DNA from: Candidatus Saccharimonadota bacterium
GTDB lineage: Bacteria > Patescibacteriota > Saccharimonadia > Saccharimonadales > UBA4665
Reading direction: 5' to 3'
Assembly (NCBI GenBank): GCA_029288365.1
Contig: JARIHI010000007.1
Span: 38,464 to 102,463 of the forward strand
Length of the DNA: 64,000 nt
Shown: positions 19,232 to 26,112 of the stretch, in pieces
How the letters are laid out: every line of letters starts with the position of its first letter
Numbering within the stretch: the first letter of the stretch is position 1
Notes under the pieces: generated by a model
Seen by the model: the letters and a program-made list of their open reading frames with translations, nothing else
Databases searched by the model: none
Told to the model about the DNA's origin: nothing
Made by a program: the position numbers and the translations under genes

Positions 19232-19362
19232 CTCCTTTTCTTAGTACCAGGACTTTGTTCAACGCTTTTACCAAATTCCACCTAAGCGAAGCACTACGAC
19301 CCTACTTCTTTAGTATGCGCTTTTATATCTCGGTTTCTGTAAATTATTTGACACTTTTTTGT

Positions 19363-19391
19363 TTGACAAATTTTACTTTTTTTATTATAAT
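19363..19391 (+). promoter_or_regulatory. Consensus sigma-70 promoter (TTGACA-17 nt-TATAAT)
   Basis: TTGACA at 19363-19368, a 17-nt spacer, and TATAAT at 19386-19391. A second TTGACA lies at 19348-19353. The element is about 78 nt upstream of the ATG at 19469. Confidence 0.5.
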
Positions 19392-19468
19392 ATTACCGTT
19401 TCGTGAGGACATATTCTCCGAACACTGTTAGAGTGGAAACTACTGTCGATGATCCGGGAGGGTCAACT

Positions 19469-19921
19469 ATGTGGAAGTCAGACATGCAGGCCGCCGGCGA
19501 GCTGATGCTCGACCTGCTGGGCCACTACTGGTATCTCTACGTGGCGTTCGTGGTGGTCTCGGTGATGTTCGCCTACGCGATGCTGCGCATCTCGTACCGA
19601 TACTCGGGGCCCCGCAACAACTTCATGACCGTTCCGCTGGTGCTGCAAGCGCTCGGTGCAGTCTGCTTCAGCATCGTCATGTCGAACGAGTTCACCAACT
19701 GGTGGCTCGAGCGCTCCTACACGTGCAGCTACGGGCTGCCGATGAGAAGCTGTTCCTACAGCTACTACGCTCCCGAGGTGTGGGAGGTGGCCGCCGCTGG
19801 CGTGAGCTTCCTGTTCCTCTTCCTCATCTGCGCGTTCTTCACGGTGCACCTCAGCAACCCAGTGGCACATCAGCTGAGTCGACGCTTCTCGGTCACCCAG
19901 ACGGAGCGCATCAGCGCCTAG
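19469..19921 (+). CDS. Small three-TM membrane protein of foreign (high-GC) origin
   Basis: SD GGGAGG at 19456-19461, with the ATG 7 nt downstream. 134 of 150 sense codons end in G or C (hand count), which identifies this frame as coding. It has three hydrophobic helices and a Cys-containing loop (TCSYGLPMRSCSYSYY). Confidence 0.7.
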   Translation: MWKSDMQAAGELMLDLLGHYWYLYVAFVVVSVMFAYAMLRISYRYSGPRNNFMTVPLVLQALGAVCFSIVMSNEFTNWWLERSYTCSYGLPMRSCSYSYYAPEVWEVAAAGVSFLFLFLICAFFTVHLSNPVAHQLSRRFSVTQTERISA

Positions 19922-19941
19922 CGCATCACGCACAAGAAGAC

Positions 19942-19996
19942 GGGGGATTGAAGTGTTATCCGAAGAAGCTTCATAGCTTCGCACTTCTCTACCCCC
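19942..19996 (+). terminator. Compound stem-loop downstream of the GC-rich gene (possible terminator, no T-tract)
   Basis: GGGGG (19942-46) pairs with CCCCC (19992-96). GAAGTG (19950-55) pairs with CACTTC (19982-87). The inner stem is GAAGC (19965-69) with GCTTC (19976-80). Confidence 0.3.
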
Positions 19997-20135
19997 TGCC
20001 CTATGTAGTTTCCATTCTTATCCGTTCCATAACTTCCTTGTTATGCTGACGAGCTCTTAGCAGAACGAAAACGGATTACTTATATTTTTTATTTAATTGG
20101 GAATTAATTTGGGTTGTATATAGTTGTGTGCGTAC

Positions 20136-22949
20136 ATGAAACGAAAACTAAAATTACTCACCACAACACCATCAAGGATTATAGCGCTATTAATCGTAAC
20201 GATCTTCTACGCTATTCTTATTTCTGTGGCACCTGGCTCAGCAGAGTCGCCAGTTACTTGGTTGGATAGCTCTAAAAATCCTTCATTGTATAAAAATAAT
20301 TCTATAGACAAAACTAGCTATGATAGCTTACTAGAAAAACGTCGCGGTTTTGTTCATCAAGAATGCATAAAGAAAAAAGTCGCCGTAAGCAGGATGCCCT
20401 TACATTACTATAGGGGCTGTTGGTACGTTACAGATATAGGCTTGTTAGAAAAAGACGGTAAATATCTGCTACAGCCTGGCACAGAAATTGCGGGGCGCAT
20501 CAAAGGAAATAGTCGTGACACGTCGTCTCTGCACCCAAGCCCTAATCCAAAGGTATTTCTAGAATTAATAGACGATGAAGCCACAGGGTATGGTTTTTTT
20601 GTAACGCTCCGCAACTACGACACTACTATTTTTGACCAACAAACGTCTGCCATTACAGGCTCGGTGACACTAACATATCAAAAACCCGGCACAAGACTTC
20701 AGCGTAGTAACAGCTCAATCCATATTGATGAGGCCGATGTGTGGTATTCAGGCAATGCACAATGGATGGTTGTTTGGAATGATAAGGGCACAGTTACTCG
20801 TATTAGTTTATCTACCTTTAAAGCACTACAAGTTACGGTGCGCGAAAAACCAAAATATGGACGACTAACCGGGGCGGCAGATATTACAAATGACGGCCGC
20901 TACATTGCTATTGCTGTCACGAATCCGTCATATGACGAGTTATACCTTGAAGACCTAGCAACATGCGAGGAGGCAGAGGAGTTCGTTATCAAAAATCCAA
21001 TAAATTGCTCGGAGCGGACGCTTAAGCCATACTTAGAAAGTAAGATTAACCCATACGAACTAGTTTCATTGCCGCGGTTTTATGGCAATGATGCGATAAG
21101 TGTATATCACACTAACACCGACGCTACTTACACTCAATACACACTGCAAGCACCAAATACGACCGCACAACTATCTGACTACATTGCTCTTGGTGATTCT
21201 TTTGCCTCAGGTGAAGGTGCGTTTGATTACGAAGACGGCACTGACGTAGACAGTGACGATGGTAATAAGTGTCACCTCTCAAAACTATCTTATCCTTACC
21301 TTATAAACCAGCAGCTGGCGCTGAGTTCTTTCCGTTCAGTAGCTTGTTCGGGAGCGAAGATTGAGAATGTTGTTGGTGGTGAAAATCGAAATAATCAATT
21401 TGAAAGACCTGAATTTATGGCTGGAGAGCTTCATCCTGGCGACCATAGACAGATTTGGCACGTAGATAATTTCTCTCCGAACATAATTACTATCTCCATG
21501 TCTGGCAATGACATCGGCTTTGGCGATAAAGTACGCTACTGCGTCATGGAGCCGGATAGCTGCTTCAATACCTACGAAGATCGTCTGGAAATTATGCAGG
21601 AAATAAACGGCAAGTTCGACAAACTGACCGATATGTATCGCCAACTTAAAGAAGCCTCTACGCCCAATGCAAAAATCTACATTATCGGCTATCCACAAAT
21701 TATTAACCCCGATCTTTTTGCTAAATGCGGCGTGAACGTACACCTTAGTATGGAAGAGCGCGAGTTTGCTTTTGACCTAACCGCATACTTTAACAAAGTC
21801 ATAAAAAGTGCCGCAGACAACGTAGGAGTATCTTATATAGGTATCGAGGGCTCGCTCACTGGCAGCAGGCTATGCGAAACGTCTTCGGCCGCTGTAGCTG
21901 TTAATGGCGTTACGGTCGGTAATGATTCCGGATTTATAGGTATACGATTCTTGGGCCAAGAGAGTTTTCATCCTAATGCAAGCGGCCATGTGTTAATTAA
22001 AAATGCTATTTTAGAGCACACAGATAGCTTTACTAAAGTTACGCCCACTCCCACCCCTACCGCTGTACCGCCTTCCGAAGAAAACCAGATGTTACTAAAA
22101 CTGGTAAAACATAGTGGCAGACCAATCAACAAACTTAATTACGACAATGACCCAAAAAATAATGTCCTGTACCGCGGCAAAGTATGGCAAGCCACTATAG
22201 ACGCGGTGAAATATCAGCTATCACCTTTCTCCTCGTATAAAGTTATCTTAAATTCCGCCCCCACTGACTTAGGCTCCTATGCTACAGATCTAAATGGTAA
22301 TTTAAAGCTTAATATACCTATTCCTGCAGATACCGTAACCGGTATGCATACTTTGCATATTTACGGCCAAAACGAACAAGGCGAACATATAGATATTTAC
22401 CGCTATGTGTATGTAGCAGCTAGCAAAGAAGATGCTGACGGAAATGGAGTCCTGGATGACACGGAACCATGTGCTGGGGTACAAGCTTTAGGCGTTGATA
22501 GCGACGCAGATGGTATAGATGACGCATGTGATGGCGTCATTGGTGAAACACAAACTAACCAACCCAAGGAAGACATACAAAATCCTGAAACCTCTACTTC
22601 TTACCCTCCTTCAGAAGAAGCCCCTCATCAACCACAGGTCACTGGTGGAGTACAAAACTTTTACAAAAACCAACCGTCACAAATTCTGGCATACACATTA
22701 GTCAGCACAGTTTTAAATCAGGGCCAATCGCATGGCATCCCCTTACCTGACTCAACCACACAAAAAACACTAGGTACCGTCATTGAGATACAAAATAAAG
22801 TACCTATAGCACCTATGCAATACAAAAGAAAAGCCATATCGAGTAATCATAAATACTCCGTGGTTTCTCTTGTATCTATCCTGGTTGCATGTACAATGAT
22901 TATGATTTTGAGTTATATGATATATGCTAAAAAGAAGGCTACCGTATGA
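20136..22949 (+). CDS. Cell-surface SGNH/GDSL hydrolase with Ca-binding-type Asp repeats and a C-terminal TM anchor
   Basis: Signal/TM at the N-terminus. SGNH blocks: YIALGDSFASGEGA (block I), SGAKI, SMSGNDIGF (block III), HPNASGH (block V). DADGNGVLDDTEPC...DSDADGIDDACD resembles thrombospondin type-3 repeats. The C-terminal TM is VVSLVSILVACTMIMILSYMIY followed by KKK. Confidence 0.8.
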   Translation: MKRKLKLLTTTPSRIIALLIVTIFYAILISVAPGSAESPVTWLDSSKNPSLYKNNSIDKTSYDSLLEKRRGFVHQECIKKKVAVSRMPLHYYRGCWYVTDIGLLEKDGKYLLQPGTEIAGRIKGNSRDTSSLHPSPNPKVFLELIDDEATGYGFFVTLRNYDTTIFDQQTSAITGSVTLTYQKPGTRLQRSNSSIHIDEADVWYSGNAQWMVVWNDKGTVTRISLSTFKALQVTVREKPKYGRLTGAADITNDGRYIAIAVTNPSYDELYLEDLATCEEAEEFVIKNPINCSERTLKPYLESKINPYELVSLPRFYGNDAISVYHTNTDATYTQYTLQAPNTTAQLSDYIALGDSFASGEGAFDYEDGTDVDSDDGNKCHLSKLSYPYLINQQLALSSFRSVACSGAKIENVVGGENRNNQFERPEFMAGELHPGDHRQIWHVDNFSPNIITISMSGNDIGFGDKVRYCVMEPDSCFNTYEDRLEIMQEINGKFDKLTDMYRQLKEASTPNAKIYIIGYPQIINPDLFAKCGVNVHLSMEEREFAFDLTAYFNKVIKSAADNVGVSYIGIEGSLTGSRLCETSSAAVAVNGVTVGNDSGFIGIRFLGQESFHPNASGHVLIKNAILEHTDSFTKVTPTPTPTAVPPSEENQMLLKLVKHSGRPINKLNYDNDPKNNVLYRGKVWQATIDAVKYQLSPFSSYKVILNSAPTDLGSYATDLNGNLKLNIPIPADTVTGMHTLHIYGQNEQGEHIDIYRYVYVAASKEDADGNGVLDDTEPCAGVQALGVDSDADGIDDACDGVIGETQTNQPKEDIQNPETSTSYPPSEEAPHQPQVTGGVQNFYKNQPSQILAYTLVSTVLNQGQSHGIPLPDSTTQKTLGTVIEIQNKVPIAPMQYKRKAISSNHKYSVVSLVSILVACTMIMILSYMIYAKKKATV

Positions 22950-23539
22950 AAAAAAACAAAAAATCTCTCCTACATCAAAAACGTACTTGGCTTTTAGGAA
23001 GTACGTTGCTTATTGTTGTAGTAACAGTCGGGTTTGCTATTGTCACACACGTACAAGGTACTCGTGAAAACACTCGACGCATAGAGCAGCTGCGACAAAC
23101 TGACAAAGATGTTCAAAAATTTGGAGATTTACTAGAGCAGTCTTTTCCAGGTTTAGTAACACGAAAAAAATACTGCAAACACAATAATGATAAATTTGGC
23201 TATGGTCCATTGTTTTGCACTATCAATCTAACTGTCAAGGCAAAATTTCCATCAGAAAAATCCCTTGTGTCAAATATTAAAAACTTGAATCAAATAATCG
23301 AAAACCAGCGCCTATTTAGTACTAGAGATCTATTTAGTACTAGAGATCAAAACGCTAAGGTCACGACTTTAAGCTCAGCAATAATGACTAATAAGAAAAC
23401 TCGTATGGCTTGTGTTTCGAGCAACGATACCGTGCACTTCAAAGGTTTAAGACCTGAAAAATATGGAGAATTTGAGTTCTACCTAGGCTGCTCAACAGGC
23501 CCACTCAAAAGGCCAATCTATAAACTTACAGACATTTAA
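22946..23539 (+). CDS. Hypothetical membrane-anchored protein
   Basis: 197-aa ORF with an ATGA overlap with the SGNH hydrolase gene. It has one N-terminal TM helix. Confidence 0.6.
   Translation: MKKNKKSLLHQKRTWLLGSTLLIVVVTVGFAIVTHVQGTRENTRRIEQLRQTDKDVQKFGDLLEQSFPGLVTRKKYCKHNNDKFGYGPLFCTINLTVKAKFPSEKSLVSNIKNLNQIIENQRLFSTRDLFSTRDQNAKVTTLSSAIMTNKKTRMACVSSNDTVHFKGLRPEKYGEFEFYLGCSTGPLKRPIYKLTDI
23312..23347. repeat. Perfect 18-bp tandem duplication
   Basis: ctatttagtactagagat occurs twice. It is in frame and gives LFSTRD-LFSTRD. Confidence 0.9.
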
Positions 23540-23565
23540 ATGCTGTCTGTTGCCATCAAAGTGTG

Positions 23566-24348
23566 CTACCCTCTTGATCGAAAATCTGCCTCCTGCACCT
23601 CTTTTGGAAGTAAGTCGAGCTGGTTACCAGCGACAACTTGTTGCCATGTGTCTGAGCCTTCATTGCCGGGTAACATGGCTCCGCCATCTACAATACGGTC
23701 ATATACAGCTCCAGTTGCCCCCATAATTGTGTGTTCGATGGGGAAGCCCAAATAATCCAGCTCAAGTGCGCTGACAGCCGCAATATAGCCCACTGTTTTG
23801 CCTGAATCTGAGTTGAGTGCTTCGTGGTGTCTTACTCTGTCACTAATAGTGCTTGGCTCAAGATACGGCCCTTGCACTGGATGCGCACTATATACATGGC
23901 TGCCTACGTGAATCTCCGAAGCCAAGCCCACTGCAAGCGCGCCTTCTGCCAATGCTTCAGCACTAGCCATAAATTGGCGGAGTCGATCTGCCTTCCTGAC
24001 ATGTATCAACGCTTCTATGACTAAAATATCTACCGCTTCAAAGCCTTTTTCTTGTAGCTCAGTGGCGATATTTTTACCAATATGGGCTTGTGCTATCCTC
24101 CCTGTATTCCGCCCAAAGTTTGTAACTACAGCAATCCGGCCACGCATGCGTGCCATTGTTTCTTCATGTAGCCGCCGTTTTTCGGCTTCTTTTCTTTCCT
24201 GCTCGGCAATGCGCCCTGCCGTCTCTCGCTGTGCGGCTGCAATCCTTTCTGCATCCTCTCTCCGGGCACGTGCTTGTCTCGCCTGCCTCTCTTCATAAAG
24301 ACCGCGTCCGATCTCTATACCTGTGCGTACAATCTTTCTCACTCCCAT
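23566..24348 (-). CDS. Hypothetical protein with an Arg/Glu/Ala-rich N-terminal coiled coil
   Basis: 260-aa ORF. The N-terminus is ERQARQARARREDAERIAAAQRETAGRIAEQERKEAEKRRL. The C-terminal domain of about 170 aa is unrecognised. Confidence 0.6.
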   Translation of the reverse strand: MGVRKIVRTGIEIGRGLYEERQARQARARREDAERIAAAQRETAGRIAEQERKEAEKRRLHEETMARMRGRIAVVTNFGRNTGRIAQAHIGKNIATELQEKGFEAVDILVIEALIHVRKADRLRQFMASAEALAEGALAVGLASEIHVGSHVYSAHPVQGPYLEPSTISDRVRHHEALNSDSGKTVGYIAAVSALELDYLGFPIEHTIMGATGAVYDRIVDGGAMLPGNEGSDTWQQVVAGNQLDLLPKEVQEADFRSRG

Positions 24349-24499
24349 ACTTCCATTTAATACCTGTCAGATGTAGTCGTCAACCATGCTTAAACTTCAT
24401 GCTTGGTAGTAATCACGAAACCGTGTGATTTAGGTCACGGATAGCATTTAAGTGGTGGAGTTAAAGAATAGTTGGGAAAAGGTGTATATAATACTGGTT

Positions 24500-25273
24500 A
24501 TGAGTACAGCTACATACACCTTTTCACCAACCTACAAGTTCCGCGATACTGATATGATCTTTGGTTCGCAGAACGATAGCAACAATGAATACATTTTACG
24601 AGTACGGGATTTGCCCGACAATGATAAACCGCGCGAAAAATTACTAAACGGCAATGCCAAGCAAATGACCGTAGCGGAATTGGTTGCTGTACTATGGGGT
24701 GTAGGCACCAAAAAGGAAGATGTACTAGCTATGGCGCAACGCGCCACACGTGAATACGGTGAAAAAGCTCTAGCAGCAACTGATAATCCTACAAAACTCG
24801 CTGAAGCTGCGGATATTCCTATAACAAAAGCTTGTCAGATTGTAGCCGGATTTGAGCTGGGCCGACGATTTTACTCCAGTAAAAATGGTCAGCCAGTATT
24901 TATCCGTAATGCCGCCCAAGCTTATGAACACTTAAAAGGTATGGCTAGTAGCAAAAAAGAACAATTACGCGGACTCTACCTAAACAGTCGTTACCAAGTA
25001 GTACACGACGAGGTAATTTCTATCGGTACTCTTACCTCTAACATTGTACATCCGCGTGAAGTCTTTCAGCCAGCCATTGAGCATGGTGCCATTGCAGTGA
25101 TTATTGCGCATAACCACCCGTCGGATAACTCCACACCGACAGATGATGATCTAGCCATTACCAGCCAACTGGTTACTGCCGGTAAAATTTTAGGCATTGA
25201 CCTGCTTGACCACCTAATTATTACTAACGATGATTTTGTCAGTATTATTAATGGGGACAATACCGATGTATAG
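24500..25273 (+). CDS. radC: RadC-like JAB/MPN domain protein (UPF0758)
   Basis: HNHPSDNSTPTDDDLAITSQLVTAGKILGIDLLDHLII (JAMM motif H-x-H-x7-S-x2-D) plus an N-terminal helix-hairpin-helix-like part. ATG at 24500 preferred over the upstream GTG. Confidence 0.85.
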   Translation: MSTATYTFSPTYKFRDTDMIFGSQNDSNNEYILRVRDLPDNDKPREKLLNGNAKQMTVAELVAVLWGVGTKKEDVLAMAQRATREYGEKALAATDNPTKLAEAADIPITKACQIVAGFELGRRFYSSKNGQPVFIRNAAQAYEHLKGMASSKKEQLRGLYLNSRYQVVHDEVISIGTLTSNIVHPREVFQPAIEHGAIAVIIAHNHPSDNSTPTDDDLAITSQLVTAGKILGIDLLDHLIITNDDFVSIINGDNTDV

Positions 25274-25535
25274 AACCTACCAGCTCCAAGCGCACGATAC
25301 TACTTTGACCCATAGCGTTTTCAAGCAGTGGTTTGTACGAGATTTTGACGATAATGATTATGATGAATTGCGAGCTCAAGTAGCCTCAGGTGACTATTTC
25401 ATCACCTTAGCCACCAAGCTAGATGACCTTAGTCAAGAGCTGGCGGACATTCATCCGGATGGTCATATAGCTCTAGAAAAAACTATAGCCGACCTTGAAA
25501 AACTCCAGAAAAACTACTACATACGTCAAAAGTAG
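25266..25535 (+). CDS. Small acidic hypothetical protein overlapping the radC stop
   Basis: ATG at 25266 overlaps the radC stop by 8 nt (ATGTATAG). 89 aa, acidic. Confidence 0.5.
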   Translation: MYRTYQLQAHDTTLTHSVFKQWFVRDFDDNDYDELRAQVASGDYFITLATKLDDLSQELADIHPDGHIALEKTIADLEKLQKNYYIRQK

Positions 25536-25537
25536 TA

Positions 25538-26074
25538 TCAGTTTGTAGACTGTATAATTTTTTGGAGCGTTTTAATATTTCTATTAGTATTAAAGGTTTT
25601 GTATTTGGCTTTGGTAAGCACTTTAGCAAACGAACTTTTCAGTGTTGAGCCTTTGTCTATCTGCCAATATACTACACCCTTGCCTGGTTGCACTTTTTCA
25701 CCGAGAGCCAATGTATACGCTTCGCGTACAAGGTCCTGTTCCAAACCACTTTCTATAAAGATTACGTAATCATGTTGATTATTATCTGCTGCATCGAATG
25801 GGTAGTCTGTTACGATCTCTCGTAAAGTAGTCAGGTTGTAAATCTGCGCTTTGGCTGGATAGCTGAACGTATTCGTAAGTGCTTGTTCTATGTGCTGCTT
25901 TAGTTGGTCAATATCGGTTTTTGGAGCGGTAAATGTAACGTTGCCAGACTGCAAAAAAGTAACAACCTGCTCAAAACCCATTTTCTCGAAACAAACTTTC
26001 AGATCAGCCATTTTTATAATTCGGCCACCTACATTAATGCCTCGAAGAAACGCTACATAATGAATCACCCTCAT
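25538..26074 (-). CDS. DUF1697 family protein
   Basis: The N-terminal YVAFLRGINVGGRIIKMADLK matches the characteristic LLRGINVGG motif of DUF1697. 178 aa. Confidence 0.65.
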   Translation of the reverse strand: MRVIHYVAFLRGINVGGRIIKMADLKVCFEKMGFEQVVTFLQSGNVTFTAPKTDIDQLKQHIEQALTNTFSYPAKAQIYNLTTLREIVTDYPFDAADNNQHDYVIFIESGLEQDLVREAYTLALGEKVQPGKGVVYWQIDKGSTLKSSFAKVLTKAKYKTFNTNRNIKTLQKIIQSTN

Positions 26075-26093
26075 ACTATAGCATGAGGGTGAT
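26064..26093 (-). terminator. Perfect 11-bp hairpin between the glycosidase gene and the DUF1697 gene
   Basis: atcaccctcat (26064-74), an 8-nt loop, and atgagggtgat (26083-93). The 3' arm on the minus strand contains the DUF1697 start codon. Confidence 0.3.
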
Positions 26094-26112
26094 ATGCAGT
26101 TGAGGAAGCAGG

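Larger units (their letters stand above)
19434..20014 (+). other. Compositionally foreign GC-rich cassette bounded by a 10-bp perfect inverted repeat
   Basis: TGGAAACTAC (19434-19443) and GTAGTTTCCA (20005-20014) bracket the only strongly GC-rich stretch in the window. By hand count, GC is 13/60 in 19321-19380 and 38/60 in 19469-19528. Confidence 0.5.

Noticed and set aside
19403-19468. GTG-initiated 22-codon N-terminal extension of the GC-rich ORF
   Set aside because: The extension is AT-rich like the flank, begins only 12 nt after the -10 box, and has no SD. The ATG at 19469 has GGGAGG at ideal spacing.
19471-20049. 192-aa plus-strand ORF and the 168-aa minus-strand ORF (19478-19984) overlapping the GC-rich gene
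   Set aside because: They are shadow ORFs typical of high-GC DNA. Only the frame from ATG 19469 shows about 89% G/C at third positions, an SD, and a sensible TM topology. The alternatives translate to Arg/Ala/Gly/His-rich low-complexity strings.
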